Shown here one piece after another: positions 51,779-60,442 of a DNA stretch of 64,000 nt. The notes beneath the pieces are model-generated. The model did no database searches, was not told the DNA's origin, and saw nothing but the letters and a program-made list of their open reading frames with translations. The translations under genes and the position numbers were made by a program. Positions within the stretch are counted from its first letter, which is position 1; each line of letters begins with the position of its first letter. This stretch comes from an uncultured Gemmatimonadaceae bacterium (GTDB lineage: Bacteria > Gemmatimonadota > Gemmatimonadetes > Gemmatimonadales > Gemmatimonadaceae), in NCBI GenBank assembly GCA_963761305.1, contig CAVXGK010000002.1, forward strand, positions 1,504,001-1,568,000. Direction: 5' to 3'.

Positions 51779-51794
51779 GTCACAACCGCGTCAC
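51779..51794. promoter_or_regulatory. Pho-box-like 11-bp-period direct repeat
   Basis: GTCAC-AACCGC-GTCAC upstream of the PafA-like gene. Confidence 0.6.
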
Positions 51795-51819
51795 GACGGA
51801 GGACCGTCGCCGCGGCGCG

Positions 51820-54306
51820 CTATCGGCCTCGCCGCGCCTCCAACAGCGCCATCCGTGTCGGCCCTGGATACGGCTTGTCGTACCCCTTCACGACGCCCCA
51901 CAGAATTCGACTGAAGTCGTCGTCGTCGGATTCGTCTTCCCGCTCGAGGCGCAGCCGACGCGACTCGCGCGCGCCGCGCGTGCCGCTCGGGTTTCGTTCG
52001 TCGAGCGAAATGCCCGGCGTCAGGACGTCGTACGGACGGAGATCGGGCTCCGACGCCCACACGTCTGTCAGCGGCCGGCCGTAGTAGTCGAAGTGCGACA
52101 GCGATTCGAGCTTGAGAATTCCCTCGACCGTTCGAATGACGTCGGTCGTGTTCGTGAACCGATGGTACGTTCCCGGCCGGTTGTACGCCGAGATCACCAG
52201 CAGCGGCGATCGGTGCGAGTCGACGTGGTCCGGGCCGTTCTGCGCGTCGTCTTCGAGCACGAACACGACCGTCGATTTCCAGAACGGCGTTCGGCTCAGC
52301 GCGGAGATCATCCGGCCGAGCGCGAGATCGTTGTCCGCGACGGCGGCGCGCGGCGTCGGTTTCCCCGCCGAGCCGCCCGATGTGTGATCGTTCGGCAGTC
52401 GCACGATCTCGAGCGACGGCATCGTTCCTTTCGCCACGTACTCCTGCAACTCGGCGAGCCAGATGTCGGCGCGCTTCTGATCCTGGATGTCGAGGTTGAA
52501 TCCCGGATAACGCGGATTCGTGCTGCCGGCGAGTTGCGCCTTCGTCGCGACGAAGCGGCTGGCTCCGTCATCCTTCTCGCGGTCCGGCACGACGAACTCG
52601 CCATAATTGCGGAGCGACACGCCGGCGCGCGCGGCGACAGTCCAGAGGTAGCCGCTCGCCGGTTCGTTCACGTCGTCGGTCGGAATCGCGCCGCGATTCG
52701 TGCCCTCGTAGTCGTAGCTGCGTCCTCGCCCCGAGTAGTTCGGCTGCACCGTCTTCTCGACGTAGTCGCTCGCGTACGCGGCCGTCGTCCAGTTGTGTCC
52801 GTCGGCGCTCACTTCGGCGTTCACGAAAAATCGATCGAACGCGCCGAAGCGGTCGGCGATCGCGTGGCCATTCGGCGTCACGTCGCGGCCGAAATAGACG
52901 AGCGACGTGTCGCCGTCCGCTCGCGACAGGTCGCCGAGGACCTGGTCGTACGCGCGGTTCTCGCGAATGACGTAGATCACGTGCTCGAACGGCGGGAACC
53001 GCGGCACACGGGCTGAATCGGACCACCCGTTGGCCCGAGCGACACGCGCCGAGAGTTGCGTGAGCGACGGTGCGTCGAGGCGCGCCGCGTCGAGCACAGA
53101 GAGGCTGCCCGTGAGCTGACCGAGCGTGCCGTTCTTGCCGCTGCCTTGACGCTCGCGCGACTCGCGCGGCCCTGGCCCGTCCGGATTCGCGTGCGTCCCG
53201 GCGCCTTTGCCGTTCGCGACGAGGAGCGACGAGCCGGCGATCGTTAGCGCGGCCGGATACCAGCCGGTCGGCACCCGGCCGAGCGGCCGCTGGTTGGTCG
53301 ACGCGACATCGAAGATCGCGACGGCGTTGGCATCCGCTTCGGCAACGAAGAGCTTCGTTTCGTCCGACGACAGCGCGAGCGCGTTCGGAGTGCTTCCTTC
53401 GTCCGGACCGCCCGGCGGTGGATCGCGCAACTCGCCGACGGTGCGACGCGACTTCGTGTCGATGATGGCGACGCGATCGGTGCTGGCCGACGCGACGTAG
53501 AGTCGCGACGCGTCGCGATTGAGGAGCAGGGCCGACGGATGTCGGCCGGCAGGAATCCATTCGGCCGGCGCGAGCTTGTCGCCCACGACGTCGAACTCGG
53601 CGACCCAGCTGCCGCCCCACACCGAAACGTACACGCGACCGTCGGGCGCCACGACGACGCCGTACGGATACCGTCCGGCGGCGACACGCTGCACGATCGT
53701 CGCCGACTCCATGTCGATCACGGCGACGGAATCGGCCAGATTCTCGGCGACGTAGAGCCGCTTGCCATCGGGCGAGAACGCGAGTTGTGCGGGGTACCGT
53801 GTTCCGTTGCGGCGTCCGGCGGCGCGCGCGGCCAACGGAATGCTGTCAGTGAGCACGGCCGAGTCGCCGGACCACCGGAATCGATAGACCTGGTCCGTGT
53901 TGCCGCCCGAAGCGGCGAGCCACTGCCCGTCCGGCGAGAAGGCGAGCCCGAGAAATGCCGCAGGCAGATCGACCGTTTGGGTCACTCGTCCGCTTCGCCA
54001 ATCGACAACCTGGACTCCCGTTCGCGACCAGCCGTTGAGCAGGAGCACGGCTCGACTGCCGCCAGGCGCCATCACGATGTTGAGCGGCATCGGCCCGACC
54101 GGGTGCGCGACGCCCGCCGGATCGAGGTGCACTCCGGTCGGCAAGCGCGTGGCGTCGACCGACGACGTGTCGGCCGTGACGTTCCGACTTGATACGGCGG
54201 GCGGCGCCGTGCACGCCCAGACCATTTGCGAAACACCCAACGCGATGAGCAGCCGGTGCCCGGCCGCGCGAACTGTGGGTCGAAGTTGAAGCCGTGTCAT
54301 CCGCAT
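51820..54306 (-). CDS. YVTN/YncE beta-propeller + phosphoesterase (AcpA/PLC-like) fusion lipoprotein
   Basis: Repeated FSPDG..LYV blades; HVIYVIRENRAYDQVLGD, SADGHNW, LPNDHTSG, EDDAQNGPDHVDSHRS. Confidence 0.9.
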   Translation of the reverse strand: MRMTRLQLRPTVRAAGHRLLIALGVSQMVWACTAPPAVSSRNVTADTSSVDATRLPTGVHLDPAGVAHPVGPMPLNIVMAPGGSRAVLLLNGWSRTGVQVVDWRSGRVTQTVDLPAAFLGLAFSPDGQWLAASGGNTDQVYRFRWSGDSAVLTDSIPLAARAAGRRNGTRYPAQLAFSPDGKRLYVAENLADSVAVIDMESATIVQRVAAGRYPYGVVVAPDGRVYVSVWGGSWVAEFDVVGDKLAPAEWIPAGRHPSALLLNRDASRLYVASASTDRVAIIDTKSRRTVGELRDPPPGGPDEGSTPNALALSSDETKLFVAEADANAVAIFDVASTNQRPLGRVPTGWYPAALTIAGSSLLVANGKGAGTHANPDGPGPRESRERQGSGKNGTLGQLTGSLSVLDAARLDAPSLTQLSARVARANGWSDSARVPRFPPFEHVIYVIRENRAYDQVLGDLSRADGDTSLVYFGRDVTPNGHAIADRFGAFDRFFVNAEVSADGHNWTTAAYASDYVEKTVQPNYSGRGRSYDYEGTNRGAIPTDDVNEPASGYLWTVAARAGVSLRNYGEFVVPDREKDDGASRFVATKAQLAGSTNPRYPGFNLDIQDQKRADIWLAELQEYVAKGTMPSLEIVRLPNDHTSGGSAGKPTPRAAVADNDLALGRMISALSRTPFWKSTVVFVLEDDAQNGPDHVDSHRSPLLVISAYNRPGTYHRFTNTTDVIRTVEGILKLESLSHFDYYGRPLTDVWASEPDLRPYDVLTPGISLDERNPSGTRGARESRRLRLEREDESDDDDFSRILWGVVKGYDKPYPGPTRMALLEARRGR

Positions 54307-54381
54307 CACCGGGTAGGGCAATTCGATCGTCACCGCGAGGGTCCGTTCATCGAAAATAATTCGCCGCCGGACCATGGCGCG

Positions 54382-54397
54382 GTCACGGCCCGGTCAC
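54382..54397. promoter_or_regulatory. Pho-box-like 11-bp-period direct repeat
   Basis: GTCAC-GGCCCG-GTCAC upstream of the YncE-phosphoesterase gene. Confidence 0.6.
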
Positions 54398-54444
54398 CGC
54401 GTCGCGACAGTCCTGCGGACCCGAGCGCGCGGTCGCGCGGCGGG

Positions 54445-55296
54445 TTACACCAACCGTAGAGCAGGCGGACGCGCCGGCCGGCGCGAGCGTTCTTCGAGTG
54501 CGCGGATCACCTGCTCCACGGCGCCGGCGTCGCGAATCTGTCCCGCGCGCTGGCCGGTGTAACGCTTGATGGTGTTGCGCAGCGCTGTATCCGAGGCGTA
54601 CCCGAGCTCTATGCCGATGCGCTCGATCGTGCAGCCGGTCGTCTCGAGCATGTAGGCAACCATTGCCAGCCGCGCCCAGGCGACGAGTTCCGCCGGCGGC
54701 AGAAAGCGCGCGCGGCGGCAATGGTTGAACAACGTCTTGCGATGGACGCCAAGCGCGGCGGCAAGATCGGGCAGCGTCTTGATCGCGTCCGGCCGCGCGA
54801 GGGCCGCCTCGAGCATCGGATGCAATTGGCTCGGCACGACCGGCGCGAGCCGTGTCATCAACCACTCGGCGCCGCATTGCCGCCGCGCCAGATCGAGGAC
54901 GGCGCGCAGGGCGACGCCATCGTCGTCGATTCCCGCGAAGAGGAATTGGTGCGTGCCGGCAACCGCCAGCGCACGAATCTCGACCGAATGATGGGCGGCC
55001 GCGTCGCACCACACGACGATCGCGGTGCGCGGACGGCCATCGGCGATCTCGCGAACGACGCGAATCGCCTCCTGTCCATTCGGATCGCGGGCCGGCAGCA
55101 CCACGGCGTCGATCGGCTCCGGCGAACGCTCCAATGCGGCGGACAGCTCGGCGAACGTCGCGTAGACGCCGAGCGTCGCGCGGCCGCGCAATGCGTCGAT
55201 CAACCGGCTCCGTTGCGGCGGCGTGACGGCACACGCCACCACCGTGGGCTGATCGGACGGAAGCGGGACTCGCTGTAACGCTCCTTCACGTCGCAT
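54445..55296 (-). CDS. AraC-family HTH regulator with receiver-like N-terminal domain
   Basis: DLAAALGVHRKTL...WARL...LETT..TIERI..ELGY.S..ALRN..KRYTG; N-terminal alpha/beta fold lacking clear phospho-acceptor motifs. Start uncertain (55296, 55320 or 55326). Confidence 0.85.
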   Translation of the reverse strand: MRREGALQRVPLPSDQPTVVACAVTPPQRSRLIDALRGRATLGVYATFAELSAALERSPEPIDAVVLPARDPNGQEAIRVVREIADGRPRTAIVVWCDAAAHHSVEIRALAVAGTHQFLFAGIDDDGVALRAVLDLARRQCGAEWLMTRLAPVVPSQLHPMLEAALARPDAIKTLPDLAAALGVHRKTLFNHCRRARFLPPAELVAWARLAMVAYMLETTGCTIERIGIELGYASDTALRNTIKRYTGQRAGQIRDAGAVEQVIRALEERSRRPARPPALRLV

Positions 55297-55383
55297 AACC
55301 GACCGGTTGCGCCGATGCACCTACATAGCGCGCTCCTCTCCTCTCGGAGCGCCCAATGGTCGTCACGAAGGAGCTCGGCGTCG

Positions 55384-56613
55384 TCACGCCGGGACAGCCA
55401 TCAACGACACCTGATCGGGGAGCTGTCCCGGCTCCATCGAAACAATTCGGCCGGCGATCCTGACCGCGCGTCCGCGCAGGATGAATGGTGCCGTCGCCGG
55501 CGTCGCGTCTCGCCGACCCGTTTCGGCGGCACGCACCATGACTTCGTGAAAACCATGCTCTTGCGCGATCGCGATCGCCTTTGCGCTCAACTCAGCGGAC
55601 GGCGCGAACAGCCCGACGCGAGAGAGACCGGCGCTGCATTCCATGAAGGCGAGCGACAGCACGTATCGCGGCGCACCCGCGGCGGCGAGCATGTTGAGTT
55701 GATTCGCCACCCACCGCACCGTTGCCGGACATCCGGTCTCCGCGGCCGATGTCGCAAGGCCACCCAGCGCCGGCACGATGATTCTTGCCGGAAGCGCGCG
55801 CGAGACGACGGCGGCGAACGCCGCGCGAGCTTCGGTGAAGCAGCCCGCTTCGACCATGAGTTGGCCGAACGTCTGCAGGATTTCTCCTTCCTCGACGGGT
55901 TGACCGGCCGAGGCCAGATACACGGCCCAACCATGGAAGAGGGCCGCGTCGAAGTCGTGCCGCGCGCCCGCCGCGATCATGAGCCCGATGCGCGCGTAGC
56001 GCTCGATGAGCGTCAGGTGCTCACGCTGGGCCAGCCGCAGGGCGCGGCGACTCAGCGATTCCAATCCCGCGTAGTCGCCGCTCATCTGCGCGACTGACGC
56101 GAGCCCCAGCCAGGCCCGCGCGCGCAGTTCCCCGCTGTCCGCGAGCTTCCCGAGTCGTCCGATCGTCCGGAAATGGTCGCCGGCCTCTTCGAGGTGACCC
56201 AGTCGGGACAGGTAGCGTGCGCGGCGAGCCAAGAGACGACCGCGTTGCACCGCGTTCAGCGCCGGATCGGCGCGATCGAGCGCCGTGAGCATCGTGATCG
56301 CCGTGTTGAACGCGTCGGCGTCGTAGGCGTCGTCGGCGAGGAGCAGGATGGCGTCGCTCGGAGTCCGGTTGTCGCGCCACTCACGGTCGCCCCGATGTTG
56401 CACAACCTGGCTGCCCAGCGACTCGAGCGCGATGTCGACGGCGCGGGCCACCAACGCCGGTCGATCCGCGCCGGCGAGCGAGGCATGTTCGAGCAGGCTC
56501 GTGACGACGATCCAGGTACCGTCCCGGGCGCCCGGGCGCGCGCGTGCGTCGCACATCGCGTCGGTGCGATACGCCGCTGGACCAGACCTGATTTGAAGAA
56601 TCTTGCTGGGCAT
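55384..56613 (-). CDS. TPR-like helical hypothetical protein
   Basis: Repeated A.AW.GLA..A...GDY and L..FG.L..EAG...EA..AF TPR-like helices. Confidence 0.7.
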   Translation of the reverse strand: MPSKILQIRSGPAAYRTDAMCDARARPGARDGTWIVVTSLLEHASLAGADRPALVARAVDIALESLGSQVVQHRGDREWRDNRTPSDAILLLADDAYDADAFNTAITMLTALDRADPALNAVQRGRLLARRARYLSRLGHLEEAGDHFRTIGRLGKLADSGELRARAWLGLASVAQMSGDYAGLESLSRRALRLAQREHLTLIERYARIGLMIAAGARHDFDAALFHGWAVYLASAGQPVEEGEILQTFGQLMVEAGCFTEARAAFAAVVSRALPARIIVPALGGLATSAAETGCPATVRWVANQLNMLAAAGAPRYVLSLAFMECSAGLSRVGLFAPSAELSAKAIAIAQEHGFHEVMVRAAETGRRDATPATAPFILRGRAVRIAGRIVSMEPGQLPDQVSLMAVPA

Positions 56614-56833
56614 TCGCGCTGGGGGGACGGCCGATGCCGGGAGGAATAGAAGTCCGTGGTGACTTCATTCTGCGGCTTGGCTCTCACCGCCACAAGCGGA
56701 AATCTCGTCATCGTGCGCAAAGCCGCGCTGCCTGACGATCGCAGGACCCAACGTTAACCCTCTCATTAATGCGATGTGACGGGCGGTCAGCCCTCGCGGG
56801 GAATTGCACATCGTGTAACCCTCGCGCTCGCAC

Positions 56834-56947
56834 TCGGTAGCCGCTCTCACCGTCTACATCTGCACGCTCCGAAAGCGCCTGAACAGCATCGGCCTCGGTG
56901 GCGCACTCCACACGGTGCGACGGATGGGATACCGCCTCGCACTCTAG
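56834..56947 (+). pseudogene. C-terminal fragment of an OmpR/PhoB-type winged-helix DNA-binding domain
   Basis: Frame reads SVAALTVYICTLRKRLNSIGLGGALHTVRRMGYRLAL*; in-frame TAA at 56816 and no start codon. Confidence 0.7.
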
Positions 56948-56955
56948 CGAGGCGG

Positions 56956-57342
56956 CTAGACGAAGGTGGCTCCGCGCTCCTCGAGGAGCGCCCGCAGCAC
57001 GGAACGGTGACACCGCTTCTCGCTCTCGCAGTAGCACCCGAGCGAAAAGTTGGTCTGGTGCGACATGGCCGCGAGCAGGTCGAGGAGCCGCGAGGCGTCG
57101 GGTTCGCGCATCTCCGTCCTGAACTTTCGCTCAAAAGTTTTCCACGAGCGTTCATCGCTCGACCCGAGGGCCAACGTCACGAGCGCTTGGCTCGGTGAGA
57201 GCGCAGGCAGCCAGACGTCGTAGAAATCGCGCTTGGCGAACTCCGATTTCGGCACGCCGCGAGGCGGCCGGCGAACGGTGCCGAGGCGAATTCCCTCGTC
57301 GGTTGACCGGGGAGAGCCGAGTCTCAGAATTCGGATCGCCAC
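56956..57342 (-). CDS. DUF488 family protein
   Basis: GIRLGTVRRPPRGVPK, YDVWLP.LSPS, FSLGCYCE.E.RCHRS.LR. Confidence 0.88.
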   Translation of the reverse strand: MAIRILRLGSPRSTDEGIRLGTVRRPPRGVPKSEFAKRDFYDVWLPALSPSQALVTLALGSSDERSWKTFERKFRTEMREPDASRLLDLLAAMSHQTNFSLGCYCESEKRCHRSVLRALLEERGATFV

Positions 57343-57419
57343 GCCAGGCCCCAAGTCCTCACGCCGCCCTATTCCGCGTTTGTATATGTGCGCTAAACAT
57401 ACCGACGACGACCAGGGTC

Positions 57420-57782
57420 ATGATTCATCTGCTCACCGTTTCCGGCAGTCTCCGAGCGGGATCGTCGAACTCGACGCTCCACGCCGCCGCCGGGCGCACA
57501 GCGCCCGAGGGAGTCGTCGTGACGTCCTACGCCGGACTCGGTGGCCTTCCCGCCTTCAGCCCGGATCTCGACGAAGGCAACGGCCCGATCCCGCCGGCAG
57601 TGGTTGAATGGCGCAGTGCGCTGGCGCGGACCGACGCCGTTCTGTTCTCGAGCCCCGAATACGCGCACGGCGTTCCCGGCGCATTCAAGAACGCGCTGGA
57701 CTGGGTCGTGGGCAGCGGTGAGCTGGTGGACAAGCGCGTCGGCCTGCTGCGGTCCGCGATCGCCGCGCTGCTCGGAGTTTGA
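57420..57782 (+). pseudogene. NADPH-dependent FMN reductase, apparently internally deleted
   Basis: SGSLRAGSSN, LPAFSPD and SPEYAHGVPGAFKNALDW are present, but the protein ends at 120 aa shortly after K.VGLL and lacks the usual C-terminal third. Confidence 0.65.
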
Positions 57783-57787
57783 CGCGT

Positions 57788-59089
57788 CTATTTCACGCGC
57801 GCACGCTCCAGGTGCACGATGCCGGCCGAGTCCTTCACGGCCATGTACACGACGCCCGTTCCGAATCCGGCGATCGTGCGGAACGGCGGGAGCTGCACGC
57901 GGTCGATGATCTGCCCCTGCTGGTTCACGATGTCGTACACGGGCTGCCCGTTCATCAACGTCGTCGTGCGAATCCAGAGATGCCCGTCCGCGTCCGCGCG
58001 CGTGGAGCCGCGAATGAACGCCGGACGATAGTCCGGAACGTCTCCGAGCGCCGGCCGTCCGTCGATCAACGCCGGCGGTGGTCCGCCCGCCACTCCACCT
58101 CCGCCGCCTCCCCGGCCGCCCGCGACCGCGCCGGCGGAGACGACACCCGGTGCCGCGCCGGGTGATCCTGCGTTTCGCGCCGCGATCAGCGCGTCCGTCG
58201 AATCGCGCCGAGCCTTGATCGCGGCGAGTGCCGAGTCGATGAGCGCCGTCTTCTGCGCGTCGTCGAGGTGGCGCCAATCGAACGGCATCTTCGGCGTCGA
58301 CCGCCATCGTCCGTCGGCGCCGAGCCAGTCGACGTGGTAGTCGCGTCCACGCACGATGGCGACCGACCCGTCCGCGCACACCGTCCAGTCATCGACGAGC
58401 GGCAGAATGTCGGGAGTGACCTTGAGCGACGTGAGTCGGCCGTCCTCGTCGCGCGCGACCACCTGGTTTATCCGAGGGGCCTTGAACGATGCAAGCGTAT
58501 CGAGCGTGCGCGCGGCGAGATCGATGCGAACGATGAAGCTGGAATCGACCGTCGTTTCCTGCGTTGACGCCTTGCCGGGTGTCACGTCCGGGAACCGGAC
58601 AACCGCCGGAGAAATGCTCACCAGTCGTCCCGACGCATCGAAGCCCGGGGGGTAAAACGGACTCCCGAGATTCGCTCCGCCGGGGCGGCCGAAGTTCGGT
58701 ATCGCCATCACTCTCGCGATGGTTCCCGCCGGGCTGAGGAGCGGCATGGAACCGGATGCCGGGTCGACGAAGAGCGCCGTGTCCGAGCGGTACGCGAACA
58801 GCGCCCCGGGCCTCGCGCCGTACGCTTTCGCGGTGACGCTCGTCGAGTCCGCGACGATCTTGGCCGTCGCCAGCGTCGAATCGAAGAGCAGCACGCGCCG
58901 CGACACGACGTCGTTGACGAACACGCGCCCGTCGGACAACGCCACCGCCGTCGCGACGCTCGTCATCGGCTCGGTCGAAACACGCGTGATCGGTCCGAGC
59001 GGTCGTGCGGCCGGAGCTTGCTGCGCCATCACGGGCGCGCACGCCGCGACTGCCGCCGCCGAGAAGACCAACGTTGATCGGACTGTCAT
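57788..59089 (-). CDS. Secreted beta-propeller-like hypothetical protein (paralog 2)
   Basis: LSDGRVFVND...RRVLLFDS, DTALFVDP, DDW.V..DG...IVRGRDYHVDW, DADGHLWIRTT, YDIVN..G...DRV. Confidence 0.8.
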   Translation of the reverse strand: MTVRSTLVFSAAAVAACAPVMAQQAPAARPLGPITRVSTEPMTSVATAVALSDGRVFVNDVVSRRVLLFDSTLATAKIVADSTSVTAKAYGARPGALFAYRSDTALFVDPASGSMPLLSPAGTIARVMAIPNFGRPGGANLGSPFYPPGFDASGRLVSISPAVVRFPDVTPGKASTQETTVDSSFIVRIDLAARTLDTLASFKAPRINQVVARDEDGRLTSLKVTPDILPLVDDWTVCADGSVAIVRGRDYHVDWLGADGRWRSTPKMPFDWRHLDDAQKTALIDSALAAIKARRDSTDALIAARNAGSPGAAPGVVSAGAVAGGRGGGGGGVAGGPPPALIDGRPALGDVPDYRPAFIRGSTRADADGHLWIRTTTLMNGQPVYDIVNQQGQIIDRVQLPPFRTIAGFGTGVVYMAVKDSAGIVHLERARVK

Positions 59090-59114
59090 GAGAACACTCG
59101 CTTTCTCAGCTTGA

Positions 59115-60416
59115 TTACCGCGCGATCTTCGCTTCCTCGAGATGCACCACGCCGGCGGCGTCCTTCACCGCCATGTACACGACGCCCGGTCCGAACCCGG
59201 CGAGCGTCCGAAACGGCGGGATCTGCACGCGATCGAACAGCTCGCCGCGGCGGTTGACGACGTAGTACACAGGCTGCCCGTTCACCATCGTCGTCGTTCG
59301 AATCCAGAGATTGCCGTCCCAGTCGACTCGCGTCGCACCGTGGGGAAACGCAGGCCGATAGTCGGCGACGTCGTTCGGCTCGACCTTCGGATCCTCGATC
59401 GGCGGCGGCGGCGGTTGCGGCGCACGTGGGGCGTCGGCGTCGCCTCCACCTCGGCCGGTACGAGCCCCGCCAGCGGCCGATCCTCCGATTCCACCGGTGG
59501 CCTGCCCCGCAAGTATCGAGTCGCGGCGCGCCTTGTTTGCGGCGGCGGCCGAGTCGATCAGCGTTTGCTTTTGCGCGTCGTCGAGATGCTGCCACTCGAA
59601 CGCAATCTTCGGCGCCGACGACCACTTGCCATCGGAGTCCATCCAGTCGACGTGAAAATCTCTGCCGCGCACGATGACGAGAACTCCGTCCTGCCGCACC
59701 ACCCAATCGTCGAGGACGGGCGCCGGGTCGGCGGTCATGCTGCTCATCCGCGTGATTCGGCCCTCCTCGCTCGTCGTGATGCTCTGGCGAGCCTTCGGCA
59801 TTCGAATCGTGGCGACGGTGTCGTAGGCGTGCGACGCGAAATCGAACCGTACGATCAGCGCCGAGTCGACGGTCGATGTCGTCGTGGTGTTCGCCGGCGG
59901 CGGTTTGACCGGCATCGTCAGCGCCTGCGCCAGGAAATACAGCAAGCGCCCCTGCGCGTCGAATCCCGGCGTGTAGTACAAGCTCCCGAACGAGACGAGC
60001 CGATTGTTCGGCCGTGGCGTGGCCATCACGCGCGCGATTCGCCCCGCGGGGCTGAGCACGGGCATCGCGCTCGACTGCGGATCCAGAAAGAGCGTGGTGT
60101 CCCCGTGAAACGGAATGAGGGCGCCGGCGCCGAACCCGTACGCCGTTGCCGTGACGCTGGCCGAGTCGGTCACGACGTGCGCTTGGGCGAGCGACGAGTC
60201 GAAGATCACGACTCGGCGCGCGACGATGTCGTTCACCAACACTCGCCCGTCGCCGAGCCGGAGCGCCGATGCGACGCTCGCAAGCGGATCGGTGGAGACG
60301 TGCACGATCGGCCCGATCGGCCGAATCGGCGGAGTACGCTGCGCCGGCAACGACGCAACCGCCGTGACGAACGCCGCGAATGTGATGTAGTGTGAACGAA
60401 TTCTCATGGTCGCCAT
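59115..60416 (-). CDS. Secreted beta-propeller-like hypothetical protein (paralog 1)
   Basis: Collinear with 57788-59089 (DGRVLVND, DDWVV..DG..VIVRGRDFHVDW, DYRPAF, GNLWIRTTT, VYMAVKD). Confidence 0.8.
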   Translation of the reverse strand: MATMRIRSHYITFAAFVTAVASLPAQRTPPIRPIGPIVHVSTDPLASVASALRLGDGRVLVNDIVARRVVIFDSSLAQAHVVTDSASVTATAYGFGAGALIPFHGDTTLFLDPQSSAMPVLSPAGRIARVMATPRPNNRLVSFGSLYYTPGFDAQGRLLYFLAQALTMPVKPPPANTTTTSTVDSALIVRFDFASHAYDTVATIRMPKARQSITTSEEGRITRMSSMTADPAPVLDDWVVRQDGVLVIVRGRDFHVDWMDSDGKWSSAPKIAFEWQHLDDAQKQTLIDSAAAANKARRDSILAGQATGGIGGSAAGGARTGRGGGDADAPRAPQPPPPPIEDPKVEPNDVADYRPAFPHGATRVDWDGNLWIRTTTMVNGQPVYYVVNRRGELFDRVQIPPFRTLAGFGPGVVYMAVKDAAGVVHLEEAKIAR

Positions 60417-60442
60417 GGTCCTTGGTTGCTTGCGATTCCCTG

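Noticed and set aside
56690..56750. c-di-GMP-I riboswitch-like GCGCAAAGCC string (also near 1540)
   Set aside because: The GNRA-capped stem and flanking P1 pairing were not found; a short match is expected by chance. An Rfam cmscan would settle it.
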